A stretch of DNA of 64,000 nucleotides from a virus (IMGVR_UViG_3300033067_001661:32001-96000), one strand, 5' to 3'. Numbered from the stretch's first letter, positions 1-10,023 are shown. A program made the numbers and translations. Notes: generated by a model from the letters alone, not told the origin.

Positions 1-2
1 AA

Positions 3-878
3 AAGATGCTTAAGAGACTTATTGCCGCAGGAGAATCTGCTGAGCCTGAAATCCGTAAGTGGCTTGCTATTGAGAACAACCTCAATGCTGTTCAGAACAT
101 GATTTGTACCGAACGTCAAGTATGCGCCAAGGTTCTCCACCTTCTTTCCGAAGAGCGCCTTGTTTCCTTTGCGACAAAGCATAAGGTTGTTATTGACCAG
201 CTAAAGGCTGAGCCTAAGAAATACGAAAGAATCATCAGAGACCTTGCCAAGAACTCTACGCAAAAGATGCTCAAGGAAACTTGCGCCAAGCTTATCCCTC
301 ATCTTGATTCCGCTGATAAGCTTGCTGAAAACATAAGCATCCCAACTAAGTCTCCGTCTGCGCTCACTCTTACAAAGCGAAAGAAAGCTCAAATCTTCGC
401 TAACTACAGAATCAACAAGAACGAATCCATTTCGCTCGTTGGAAACCCGCCTGCAAACATTGTTCAACAGATTTCTGTTATTGCAACAGAATGTTCATTC
501 GCTTCTAACTCCATGCAAAGAGCAGATATCCTTCAAAAGCTTGGAGAGGTTGTGTATCCAAGCATGAGCAAGCAAGAGGCGGATATTTGCGTCAGAATGG
601 TCGAGTCAGTTGCTGGCTACTTGACTGGTGATGAATATATCATCAAGTACCTTCCTGTAATCAATACATGCGTTGCTGCTTGGTCAACCGCCAACAATAC
701 TGTCTCTACCGAAGCGCTATTCAAGGTTGCTCCATATCTTGTAACAAACATCCTTATCAACGTTGCAGATAATCCGTCGAAGTACAACATTGGCATTCTT
801 GAAAAGCATGACAATAAGACGCTCATAGACATTCCTGACGAAATAGATAATAAGCAGAGCGTAGAAGCTTTGTTCTAA
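3..878 (+). CDS. C-terminal part of a MoxR-like AAA+ ATPase (5' end outside window), paralog of 8487..10013
   Basis: Frame is open to the left edge. EIRKWLAIENNLNAV...VLHLLSEE aligns by eye with KIATWLSEENNYDAV...VLHLVGEE of the ATPase at 8487. Lies directly upstream of a VWA partner gene. Confidence 0.7.
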   Translation, partial: KMLKRLIAAGESAEPEIRKWLAIENNLNAVQNMICTERQVCAKVLHLLSEERLVSFATKHKVVIDQLKAEPKKYERIIRDLAKNSTQKMLKETCAKLIPHLDSADKLAENISIPTKSPSALTLTKRKKAQIFANYRINKNESISLVGNPPANIVQQISVIATECSFASNSMQRADILQKLGEVVYPSMSKQEADICVRMVESVAGYLTGDEYIIKYLPVINTCVAAWSTANNTVSTEALFKVAPYLVTNILINVADNPSKYNIGILEKHDNKTLIDIPDEIDNKQSVEALF

Positions 879-887
879 GGAAACGAC

Positions 888-2303
888 ATGCCAGAAGCTA
901 ATGAACAATCAAAAGACAAAGTAGTAGTAGACTACGCTCCAGGTAATATCTCTGAAGAAGAGAGACGGTCTCTTCTTGGCATGAATATCGAAGACGAGTT
1001 CAATACTATAAGCAGAGAACTTGACAAGTTTCATGCTATATTCTACCAGATCTGGGAGATGGGATATCCAAGACTAACCTTTGATGTCCCAACCGCTGCT
1101 GTTGGTTTTGATAAGAAGGGTCGCAGAATTGAGTTCATGTTCAACCCTATCTTCTGGAAAGAGAGCGATACTTATACAAAAGAGTTCGTTATCTGTCACG
1201 AATGCTTGCATGTCATTCTTAATCACGGCGTAAGAATTAAAGACCTCAAGGGTAAAGAGTTTTGGGCAAGAATTGCAAACTACGCTCTTGACGTTGTTAT
1301 CAATCATATGCTCGTTGATAAGTTCAACTTTGACCGCTACTCGATTCAAGATCAGGACAAATACTGCTGGATAGATACGGTATTCGGAAAAGACCATAAG
1401 CAGGTTGACCGTAACCGAGCATTTGAATACTACTTTGGTCTGCTCAAAGAGAAGATTGTTGAAGACCTTTCAACAATGAAGCTCAAAATTAAGAACGCAG
1501 ACGGGTCTACGTCCGACGTTGGCGGCGAAATGGTTGACGTACACGATTTCCTTGAAGGGCTTGATAATGAATCCCTTCAAAAGGAAATCGAAGAACATAT
1601 CAATAAGAACCTCAACGACTTCGACAAGAAAGACTTCATTGATAAGTTAAGCAAGACTGGCGAAGGCAAAGAGCGGATGAAGGAAAGCAGCAAGCAAGCT
1701 GGTAGCGTTGCTGCTGGTATTACGTTCAAGATGAACCTTTATGAAAAGGTTAAGAAAAAGAAGAAATGGGAGACGGTTATCAAGAAATGGTCCATGAAGT
1801 TCATGAAGAATGAACAGGGTATTGAACAATGGGCCAAAGTAAATAGAAGAATCAGCGATTTGCAAACTAATCTTTTGCTGCCAAGCGAAATTGACGAGCA
1901 GCATATGACTCAGGACCGCATTCAAGTCTGGTTTTTCTTAGACGTTTCTGGTTCTTGCGTGCATCTTAAGGACCGCTTCTTTAGAGCGGTTCGTAGTTTA
2001 CCTGAAGACCGTTTCATGGTCAAGCTTTTCTCGTTTGACCATGAAGTTTACGATGTTGATATCAAAAAGGGCGAAGTTTACGGCGGCGGCGGAACCTCTT
2101 TCTCAATTCTTGAGAATCGCATACAGTCCGATATCAAGAAAGAGGGGTTAAAATACCCAGAAGCCGTCTTCGTTATGACTGACGGTTATGGGGACAAAGT
2201 ATTTCCCCAGTTTCCCAAAAAGTGGTATTGGTTCCTAAGCGATAACTACAGATACTGCATTCCGCAAGAATCCAATATTTACAGTCTAAAAGACTATGAG
2301 TAG
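888..2303 (+). CDS. DUF2201-type metallopeptidase/VWA-domain protein (MoxR partner)
   Basis: HECLH (HExxH) and ANYALDVVINH in the N-half; VWA motifs LDVSGSC, GGGGTSF, MTDGYG in the C-half; RBS AAGGA. Confidence 0.88.
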   Translation: MPEANEQSKDKVVVDYAPGNISEEERRSLLGMNIEDEFNTISRELDKFHAIFYQIWEMGYPRLTFDVPTAAVGFDKKGRRIEFMFNPIFWKESDTYTKEFVICHECLHVILNHGVRIKDLKGKEFWARIANYALDVVINHMLVDKFNFDRYSIQDQDKYCWIDTVFGKDHKQVDRNRAFEYYFGLLKEKIVEDLSTMKLKIKNADGSTSDVGGEMVDVHDFLEGLDNESLQKEIEEHINKNLNDFDKKDFIDKLSKTGEGKERMKESSKQAGSVAAGITFKMNLYEKVKKKKKWETVIKKWSMKFMKNEQGIEQWAKVNRRISDLQTNLLLPSEIDEQHMTQDRIQVWFFLDVSGSCVHLKDRFFRAVRSLPEDRFMVKLFSFDHEVYDVDIKKGEVYGGGGTSFSILENRIQSDIKKEGLKYPEAVFVMTDGYGDKVFPQFPKKWYWFLSDNYRYCIPQESNIYSLKDYE

Positions 2304-2305
2304 AC

Positions 2306-2368
2306 AAAGGAACAAAGACTAAAACTTGCGAAGTTAACTCATACCTATTATTTTGGAGTGAGTTAACT
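2306..2368 (+). promoter_or_regulatory. SigH-like promoter (AAAGGA-N18-GAAG) overlapping an RBS-occluding hairpin
   Basis: AAAGGA at 2306; perfect inverted repeat AGTTAACTCA (2332-2341) / TGAGTTAACT (2359-2368) abutting GGAG and the ATG at 2370. Confidence 0.45.
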
Positions 2369-2369
2369 A

Positions 2370-2993
2370 ATGCCAACGAGTGACAAATTTATACAAAGTA
2401 TGGTCGAGCTTCTTGATAAGCTGATTGAAAATCAGTCCAAGAATGCTTCGTTACTAAGTGAAATAAAGTTCTCTCTAGCTGAGCTTAGAGAAGAGCAAGA
2501 TTCTATTTTAACAAATCTTAGAGAGAAGCTTCCTGATCAAATCATTAGAGAACAGGAAGAATACTACAATAAGCTTTCGATAGTTATATCAAAAATAGAA
2601 ACTGCAAACTCAAGACTTGCCGACAATATAAGAACGTTCGAGCAAGACAACGTTTTTGTCAAATCCAATATAGATAAAAACTCAAAAACTCTTGAAGAGT
2701 ATGCTTTGCTATTGAAAGAAATGAAAGAAACTCTCAAAGAGAAAGACTCCAATAAAAAAGAAATTGAAGACACCCTTAAAGAGGTAAGGGGCTTTGTGGA
2801 GTTTATGAAAAATAAGAAAGCTTGGGCCACAATTATTGTTGCGGCTATAACCGCTTTGGGAACAATGATTGCCGCAGTATTTACAGGTGTTGATAGTATC
2901 AACAAGAACATTGATAGCAAAAAGCAAGCCATCATTCAATCAATGCCGTCGAATCAACCAGCAACACCGCCGCAAAATCCGACTAATCCATAA
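2370..2993 (+). CDS. Coiled-coil protein with one C-terminal transmembrane helix (possibly holin-like)
   Basis: Long heptad-rich helix followed by the hydrophobic segment AWATIIVAAITALGTMIAAVFTGV; RBS GGAG. Confidence 0.6.
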   Translation: MPTSDKFIQSMVELLDKLIENQSKNASLLSEIKFSLAELREEQDSILTNLREKLPDQIIREQEEYYNKLSIVISKIETANSRLADNIRTFEQDNVFVKSNIDKNSKTLEEYALLLKEMKETLKEKDSNKKEIEDTLKEVRGFVEFMKNKKAWATIIVAAITALGTMIAAVFTGVDSINKNIDSKKQAIIQSMPSNQPATPPQNPTNP

Positions 2994-3004
2994 AGAGGTA
3001 AAAC

Positions 3005-3481
3005 ATGCCACCCAAAAAACACTGCACCTGTCAAAAACTCGCAGGTTCAAAAACGACAATTCTCGTTATTGAACAAGAAAGGCAAATAAGCTCAAAGCTT
3101 AACAAACTACTAAGAAACTCAAATCTAAGTTCTTCAATAAAGCTACATAACAGTAGAGGGCTGAACAGCATTAAGTGTCATGACATCTATGTTATTGAAA
3201 ATCAATACTCCTCAATTGAAGAAAAAATACGATTAGTTAAGAAAATATACAAGTCTAATCCAAAAGCTTGCGTATTTCTTCTAAATGAAACCGATGAAAC
3301 CAAAGCTGCCATTTCTAACGAAATTCAGTCATATATCGACCCCATAAAGCTTGGGGTCGTTTTTGAATCAACTATTTCCAAAAATGACGAAGAGTTAAGT
3401 AGTGTAATTGAGTATGTATCTTCAATAGAGAGTACAAAAAAGAAGCTTATATGCTTGTGGCAAAAGCTAGAAACTGCATAA
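3005..3481 (+). CDS. Degenerate CheY-like receiver-domain protein
   Basis: TILVIEQE...HDIYVIEN...LVKKIYKSNPKACVFLL follows the receiver pattern, with Glu at the phospho-Asp position; RBS GAGG. Confidence 0.45.
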   Translation: MPPKKHCTCQKLAGSKTTILVIEQERQISSKLNKLLRNSNLSSSIKLHNSRGLNSIKCHDIYVIENQYSSIEEKIRLVKKIYKSNPKACVFLLNETDETKAAISNEIQSYIDPIKLGVVFESTISKNDEELSSVIEYVSSIESTKKKLICLWQKLETA

Positions 3482-3502
3482 TGCCTCCCTGGAAACGAAG
3501 AA

Positions 3503-4954
3503 ATGACTATCCTTGTTAGAACTGAACCATTAGACCCCAAGATGCAGCTTGTGCTTTTTATCAAGCCATTTAATGATAATCACCCCATAAACATTCATCC
3601 AAATGTTACGATTCTTGCAAGGGTAAGACCGGACGCTGTTAATCTTGATAAACCGGCAGGCTTTTCAAACTATCCAGTAAACAATCTTGTTTATTACAGC
3701 AATCAAAACGCAATCAACCTTGGCAAAAGATGGGCTGATTGGTTTCAATATCAGGGGCTTATTAAGGGTTTGGGAAGCGCTTATAACGGGCTATATGGCG
3801 GCGGAGTTTTTGCTCAAAACTGGGGAACCACAACAGGCAATTGGAGTCCCAAGGCTCTTATGTACAATCCGGCTGATAGAGTTGGCGGATTTGATGTTGG
3901 ATTCCATGCAAACTCTATTTTGCGAAATCAAGGCACATTACCAGACGGATCTTTGACCTTGGGTGATTTTATCAAAGTCGCTTTTCAATCAATGAAGACC
4001 GAATGCGATAACAGGAATTTATGCTATCCCCTTTACATATGTTGGGATTGGGAACAACAAAGAAGTGCGGCTGGCCTTGTTGGAACACAACCTTCTGGCG
4101 CAGGTTCTGCACCTTGGCTTGCAGCTATGGCTAGTTCAAAATTCTCAACTGAAATAGTTTATGAAGAATGGGACGGAGCAACTTGGACTGGCAAAACAAT
4201 GGCAAACGCTTGGGAAGCAGCAGGCTTTCCAAGTCATGATCCAAACGTATACTGGTTTCAAGGCAATAATAGAAATTGGTGTTCAAGAATGCAACCATTC
4301 TATGAAATGATGAATGACCATGCCTTATCAAAAGCTCTTTATGAACCGGCTAAAGAAGTTTTTCCAAATATGATATGCGGAAATTATGGAGTTAAGTTTG
4401 GCCTATCCTCCACTCAAAGCAATCAAACATGGTCATATCAAGACAACTGGTGGAGATATCCAAAATCAGACTTTCCAAAAAACAGATACTTCAAGGGTGA
4501 TTATTCAAGTCCAGTATGCTATTGTCCTAACTTAACATCAAATGCACCTTCTAGATATAACCCTCAATATAACGTCCAATATCCTGCTCCTGAGTTTTCA
4601 GGTCATATTTTCGGAACTACTAATAGAGATGTTTATAGAAACTTCATAACTCAAATAGTTAGAGCAACTACCGTAAATGATAATCCTATTCAAACAATGC
4701 CTTGGATAGAACCCCCGCTTGAAGGTGCTGCGGCAGAACTTTTTCCAATTCACGTTCCAGATAAAAGCGATATACTCCATATTATGCAACAACATTATCT
4801 ATTAGGTGTTAAGGCTTGGAATGTTTTCAATCCTTCTCATGGTACATCAACGGTTGGTCAATCAAGATGCGACCTTTTCCTTGAAACCATAAATGATTTC
4901 AATAAATGGATGCAATCGCAAACAAAGACAGCAAGAGTAAGGATAACGAGTTAA
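3503..4954 (+). CDS. Hypothetical protein, possible glycoside-hydrolase-like TIM barrel
   Basis: 483-aa Trp/Tyr/Asn-rich ORF; CWDWE, FPNMICGNYG and SSPVCY segments recall hyaluronidase-type barrels. Confidence 0.4.
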   Translation: MTILVRTEPLDPKMQLVLFIKPFNDNHPINIHPNVTILARVRPDAVNLDKPAGFSNYPVNNLVYYSNQNAINLGKRWADWFQYQGLIKGLGSAYNGLYGGGVFAQNWGTTTGNWSPKALMYNPADRVGGFDVGFHANSILRNQGTLPDGSLTLGDFIKVAFQSMKTECDNRNLCYPLYICWDWEQQRSAAGLVGTQPSGAGSAPWLAAMASSKFSTEIVYEEWDGATWTGKTMANAWEAAGFPSHDPNVYWFQGNNRNWCSRMQPFYEMMNDHALSKALYEPAKEVFPNMICGNYGVKFGLSSTQSNQTWSYQDNWWRYPKSDFPKNRYFKGDYSSPVCYCPNLTSNAPSRYNPQYNVQYPAPEFSGHIFGTTNRDVYRNFITQIVRATTVNDNPIQTMPWIEPPLEGAAAELFPIHVPDKSDILHIMQQHYLLGVKAWNVFNPSHGTSTVGQSRCDLFLETINDFNKWMQSQTKTARVRITS

Positions 4955-4955
4955 T

Positions 4956-6269
4956 ATGCCAAACCTACCAATAACAAGATATCTTTCTTACCGAAAAAGG
5001 CCTTTGTACGCCATACAGGTTCACAATGGCAATGCGTCTGACGGTAACGAGCTAGTTTCTCAATGGGGCTGGGATAATGCTTCTCCTGTTTCTGATAAAA
5101 CAGCCTTAGAAACACTTATAGCAAACCTTGATATGGCTTATAATATTGGATATAGAGATTTCATATTTCATATGCCCGCAGGACAAAGCCCAGAAAACAC
5201 TTTTTACTATGGCGGAAGTCATTGGTATACAATACCAGAATCAAGAAGGCAAGTTCTAAGCGAATCTCTAAAAGAATGGATTGGTTCCAAAAAAGCAGAC
5301 AACCCAGAAAACGGTTTCACTTTTGGTATCTATATAAGTATTCCCGCTAGAGACGATTACGATCTAACACAACTATCTCTTGAGCCTTTAGATAAAATAC
5401 ATTTACCTGAACCTGATAAAGATAGCGGAGATAAATCTTGGGTTGACGGTCAAGTTGAGGGTTGGCTTGAAATTGGAATTAATAGAGTCTGGTTTGATGC
5501 TGCCTCTTCATTAGATGCTCAACCTCATTTTGAAGGTAGAAATATAGACGTTTTGTTTGACGGCGCTCTGATTCAGAAAGAATACCTTGAAAGAATACAT
5601 AATCTTCATACTGGCGGAGAAGCCCTTGTAACTGATGGCACAAACAATTGGGCAATTGATGAAAAATACAGTTCTGCAATGCCTTGGATGGCTGTTAGTG
5701 ATTGGATTGACATTTATGACAGACTAACTTCAACAAGTTTATCATTCAATTTTGATTACAACTCAACAACTAGAATTTGTACTATTACAACACCGTCTTT
5801 TTCTCTTAGCACTCAAGGATATACAAGTTTTGTATCAGGAGATACAGTTAAGGTTGGCTATCATCCGTCTATGCCATCAGGTAGATATCTTATAGAGGAA
5901 AGAACAAGCAATACCTCTTTCAAACTATCAACCGCATCTGTTATTGAAGGCTTATCAGCGGTATTGCCAGTATCTAATACAACAGGTCTAACTGGTGGAA
6001 CTTTCTATAGGCCAGGAATTCTTAGTTCAACATGGACGGTTCCCGGGCAGACAGATGAATTATGTCTTTTGTTTAGACCCGAATCTGGATATAGCACAAG
6101 CGCTATTACTGGATTTTTACAAAAGGGATTGCGTATTGGTGCTTGGACATTCTTACAAACGCTACCAAATACAAGTACAGAACAAGCCGCTCAAAACATT
6201 TACGATACATATATGACATGGATAAGATCTAATGCTGTAACAACTAGGATAATTAGAAGACAGCATTGA
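4956..6269 (+). CDS. Hypothetical protein, possible GH-like barrel with a beta-rich insertion
   Basis: 437-aa ORF; IGYRDFIFH and IGINRVWFD strand motifs; Ser/Thr-rich insertion. Confidence 0.4.
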   Translation: MPNLPITRYLSYRKRPLYAIQVHNGNASDGNELVSQWGWDNASPVSDKTALETLIANLDMAYNIGYRDFIFHMPAGQSPENTFYYGGSHWYTIPESRRQVLSESLKEWIGSKKADNPENGFTFGIYISIPARDDYDLTQLSLEPLDKIHLPEPDKDSGDKSWVDGQVEGWLEIGINRVWFDAASSLDAQPHFEGRNIDVLFDGALIQKEYLERIHNLHTGGEALVTDGTNNWAIDEKYSSAMPWMAVSDWIDIYDRLTSTSLSFNFDYNSTTRICTITTPSFSLSTQGYTSFVSGDTVKVGYHPSMPSGRYLIEERTSNTSFKLSTASVIEGLSAVLPVSNTTGLTGGTFYRPGILSSTWTVPGQTDELCLLFRPESGYSTSAITGFLQKGLRIGAWTFLQTLPNTSTEQAAQNIYDTYMTWIRSNAVTTRIIRRQH

Positions 6270-6279
6270 AAGGAAAGCT

Positions 6280-6903
6280 ATGATATTACTCAAAAACACC
6301 GCAAGCCAAGTTGTTTACTCAAAACTCATTGACACTCTAACAGGAGAACCTGTTGTTGGAGTCGCTTCTGGATCATTAAGCGCTTATATATCCAAAGACG
6401 GAGGCGCAGAAGCAACTGTTTCTAACTCCATAACAGGGGTTGGTCATGGCATTTACAAACTTACACTAACTCAATCTGAAACAAACTGCAATACCGCTGT
6501 TGTTAATTTTGTTCATACTTCCAATGCTCAATATCAATTTGAAACTCTTTACTTTCAAACAACTGAAGCAAATCCAAGCGTAAATGTCTTGCAAAACAAT
6601 GATAAGACAGGCTATTTCCTTGACAATGCTCAAACTTTCACCACTTCAGGTAGCGTAGGTAGTGTCGCTGACGCAACCTCAATAAACTCTCTAATTAGAA
6701 ACTCAACTTATGACGGAGTAACTCAAGAAAAGATCTTTGAAATGATACTTTCTTTCATGGCTGGTAAAGTTGTTGTTACGATTGTTGATCCAAATACAAG
6801 ACTTATATCTTACAAGAAAAGAGACGGAACAACAGAAAGATTCAGCGTTACTGTATCGACCGCTGACGGTTCTAGAGCAAGTGGTGGTACTATTGCCCCA
6901 TAA
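6280..6903 (+). CDS. Putative virion structural/decoration protein
   Basis: Thr/Ser/Gly/Val-rich beta protein (ISKDGGA...GIYKLTLTQSETN); RBS AAAGGA. Confidence 0.5.
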   Translation: MILLKNTASQVVYSKLIDTLTGEPVVGVASGSLSAYISKDGGAEATVSNSITGVGHGIYKLTLTQSETNCNTAVVNFVHTSNAQYQFETLYFQTTEANPSVNVLQNNDKTGYFLDNAQTFTTSGSVGSVADATSINSLIRNSTYDGVTQEKIFEMILSFMAGKVVVTIVDPNTRLISYKKRDGTTERFSVTVSTADGSRASGGTIAP

Positions 6904-7013
6904 GGAGAAGAAATGCTCTGTAAACTACCAAAGTTTGCTATACCTGTTCGAAGCTTACCAGAGGACGGAACCCAAGTATCTTCGAATACAACAGATAATA
7001 GCGGAGTTGAAGC

Positions 7014-7523
7014 ATGCAATATTCGATCCCGTCGTTTAGTATACCCCTTTTCGCCTTACCCTCGTTCAGTTTACCAGAAACACCAGGCGAGAGTCCAAGT
7101 TTACAAAACGAAACCATAATAGACTTTGAGTTTTACATTTATGGTATTAGCTCAGCCATAACTCCAGAGTTATACAAATATCTCTCGGACCAATATGGCT
7201 TCGCTTATCATGACGCTAGATACTCTCTAAACAACATTCATGATGCTGTTACTCATATCGCTCAACTCAACAATCCTGACGCAAAGATAGACTTACTAAA
7301 GCCGCTAAGAGGCACACAAAAAGACTTCAATCAAAACAAGATTATAGCAAACCTGTATCCTGCTGTTCAGAAACTAAACAAACACATTCTAGATAGAACT
7401 GGCAAAACAAACCTTAACGATTGGCTTTCAGAAAATGAAGTTAAAGTCTTACGCGATTGGGCTACGCTTTGCGAAGAGACTGGCATAACAATAGACGAAG
7501 AGAACATAGTCGTTGAAGGCTAA
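7014..7523 (+). CDS. Hypothetical protein
   Basis: 169-aa ORF with GGAG RBS, continuing the + strand operon. Confidence 0.6.
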   Translation: MQYSIPSFSIPLFALPSFSLPETPGESPSLQNETIIDFEFYIYGISSAITPELYKYLSDQYGFAYHDARYSLNNIHDAVTHIAQLNNPDAKIDLLKPLRGTQKDFNQNKIIANLYPAVQKLNKHILDRTGKTNLNDWLSENEVKVLRDWATLCEETGITIDEENIVVEG

Positions 7524-7798
7524 ACAAACTTTTCTTCTCCGTTTTCAAATAAATGAAGAACTTGACGGCCATTGGTTGACAGATAATACCTGTCAATAAC
7601 TATCTGACCGTCATGCACTTTTCTGTGACATTTACAACATAGACAAGTGCTGTTTTCTCTTGTGTAACGACCGCCCTCAGCGCCTGGGATTATCCGATGA
7701 ACATCTAGCACCGCCGGGTCTGTTTCTCCGCAAATACGGCAAGAACCCTCGGCGAGTTTGTAAACATGCTTATCAACAAGCTGTTTTTTTCTTGGCAT
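7520..7798 (-). CDS. HNH endonuclease
   Basis: CRICG...DVHRIIPGAEGG...N..CLCCKCHRKVH. Confidence 0.85.
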   Translation of the reverse strand: MPRKKQLVDKHVYKLAEGSCRICGETDPAVLDVHRIIPGAEGGRYTRENSTCLCCKCHRKVHDGQIVIDRYYLSTNGRQVLHLFENGEEKFV

Positions 7799-7816
7799 GA
7801 AAGGATATCGACAAAG

Positions 7817-8446
7817 ATGAAACTAAAGATTTACCTTGACCTTGACGGAGTTCTTTACGATTGGATGGGTTCTGCTCTTCAAGTTTTCAAAGTTGACGCA
7901 AAATCCCCTGAAAACAGACGCATTCTTAAGACTTACCATGATGGACTTGAAATGATCAAGTCGAAGCAGGAGGTCTTTGAAACTGTTGAATCTCTTGGCG
8001 CTGCTTATTGGGAAAATCTCAAACTTTTCCCTTGGGCAAATGCTTTGTATGAAGCTCTTACCGAACTTGGAGAAGTAATAATCCTTACCTCGCCTGGCTC
8101 CTGGACTTACGCAGGAAGAGGCAAGCTTCTCGCTCTCAAGAGAGACTTTGAAATCAAGAACTTCATTCTAGCAAAGAAAAAAGAAGTCTGCGCCGCTCCT
8201 GATTGCATCTTAATCGACGACAAGAAGAAGAATGTTGCTCGCTTTAGAGAAGCTGGCGGCTGGTCTCACTTATGGCCTAATCAGTTCCATATAGAAGACG
8301 GGCAGCCTCCTGCCGCAACAGCTATTGCTGACTGTTTGGAATATGTAAGAGCCGTAAGACATAAGGTTGTAGACCGTCGCATTCCTGCCCTCATGGACAT
8401 GCTCGCTTACGACAACCAAAGAGAACAAGACCTAACCGAAAGGTGA
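7817..8446 (+). CDS. HAD-family 5'(3')-deoxyribonucleotidase (NT5C-like)
   Basis: YLDLDGVLYDW motif I, ILTSP, GK..., ILIDD. Start moved to the ATG at 7817 (AAGGA upstream). Confidence 0.85.
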   Translation: MKLKIYLDLDGVLYDWMGSALQVFKVDAKSPENRRILKTYHDGLEMIKSKQEVFETVESLGAAYWENLKLFPWANALYEALTELGEVIILTSPGSWTYAGRGKLLALKRDFEIKNFILAKKKEVCAAPDCILIDDKKKNVARFREAGGWSHLWPNQFHIEDGQPPAATAIADCLEYVRAVRHKVVDRRIPALMDMLAYDNQREQDLTER

Positions 8447-8486
8447 AAGTCTAAATAAGCTGCTGAAACTGGCCGAAGGACGTAGC

Positions 8487-10013
8487 ATGAAGATATATCA
8501 ATGCTTTCCAAACGATCAAACCCTTGATTTTTGGGTTAAAAACAACTTGAACGTACTGTTCTTTGGTCGTCATGGAGTTGGTAAAACCTCCATGATTCTT
8601 GAATCATTTGAACGAAACAACATTCGCTATAAACAGTTTTCGGCAGCAACAATGGACCCTTGGGTTGACTTTATTGGCGTTCCCAAGGAAATGAAAGACG
8701 ATAAGGGTTCCTATCTGGAACTCATAAGACCAAAAGATTTCAGGGACGACGAAGTTGAAGCAATCTTCTTTGACGAGCTTAACCGTTCTCACAAGAAGGT
8801 TCGCAACGCCGTCATGGAACTCATACAATTCAAGTCAATCAACGGTAAAAAGTATCCAAACCTCAAAATGATTTGGGGAGCAGTTAATCCTGAAGAGGAT
8901 GATAGTGTCAAGTATGATGTTGAAAAGCTTGACCCTGCTCAACAAGACCGATTTCATATTCAAATAGAGATTCCATACAAACCATACATGCCTTACTTTG
9001 TTGAAAAGTTTGGCAAAGAAAAGGCGCAAGCGGCTGTTGATTGGTGGAACCAATTGCCTGGAGAAATCAAGCTCGAAGTCTCTCCAAGAAGGCTTGAATA
9101 TGCAATTAAAATAGGCGAACTTGGTGGCAACCTCATCCATGTTCTACCTCCATATTCAAATGTTGAGAAGCTTGCTCATGCGCTAAAGCATGGTTCGCCT
9201 CTAAGAGACTACAGAGCGCTCATCAAAGAAGGTAATGAAGCCAAGATAGCAACATGGTTGTCAGAAGAAAATAACTACGACGCAGTTAGAGACGAAATCA
9301 TCAAGAATCCTGAACCTGTTCTCCATCTTGTAGGAGAAGAGAAAGCTATATCGTTGGCTTCTATTAGCAAGTCTTGTTCTGAACACCTATTCAATAACTA
9401 CGACAAGTTTAAAGAAACCATCAAATCAATCGCTGAACATTCAGGTAACAAAGCTTTGAAGAAAGCAGCCATATCCGTTCTACAAGCTAACACGGGACAA
9501 TCAAACCCCATTCAACTTCTTAAGCTGAATATGCCAAATGTTCCAGCGACCGTTCGAAATCAACAATCGAGCGTTGCTACGAGTTACATCTGGAATAATA
9601 ACTGCAAAATTGGCTATAGTAAAGCTTCTAAGAAGATTCCTCACGGATATGAGCTAACTATTTCTGGTTGCGTAAATGCTGCAATGAATTGCGGCAATCA
9701 AACCTATGAAAGAATAAGAATCTGCAAGTCCCTCATAAGGATTCTTACTCTTAAATCTCCAACGGCTCTTACGAAAGAAGACGCATTGATTTGTTTGCAG
9801 CTTTTTGAATGGTTCTCAAGTAAGACTCAAGAAACAACCATTAAAAACATAGACGACATAGAAGTTGCAATCAACAACTGCGTACAAGCTCTCCGAGCTA
9901 ATAATGAGTTTGAGAAGGTGTCGGACTTCGCAACTAAGTTCCCCTTCATATCTGGTAAAATAATGGCGTCTAGTACAGGTGATTACCGTTCTAGATGTCT
10001 GGTCCCAAACTAA
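8487..10013 (+). CDS. MoxR-like AAA+ ATPase
   Basis: Walker A GRHGVGKT, Walker B FFDELNR, sensor GAVN, LDPAQQDRF, SPRRLE. Confidence 0.9.
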   Translation: MKIYQCFPNDQTLDFWVKNNLNVLFFGRHGVGKTSMILESFERNNIRYKQFSAATMDPWVDFIGVPKEMKDDKGSYLELIRPKDFRDDEVEAIFFDELNRSHKKVRNAVMELIQFKSINGKKYPNLKMIWGAVNPEEDDSVKYDVEKLDPAQQDRFHIQIEIPYKPYMPYFVEKFGKEKAQAAVDWWNQLPGEIKLEVSPRRLEYAIKIGELGGNLIHVLPPYSNVEKLAHALKHGSPLRDYRALIKEGNEAKIATWLSEENNYDAVRDEIIKNPEPVLHLVGEEKAISLASISKSCSEHLFNNYDKFKETIKSIAEHSGNKALKKAAISVLQANTGQSNPIQLLKLNMPNVPATVRNQQSSVATSYIWNNNCKIGYSKASKKIPHGYELTISGCVNAAMNCGNQTYERIRICKSLIRILTLKSPTALTKEDALICLQLFEWFSSKTQETTIKNIDDIEVAINNCVQALRANNEFEKVSDFATKFPFISGKIMASSTGDYRSRCLVPN

Positions 10014-10023
10014 GGAAAAACAA

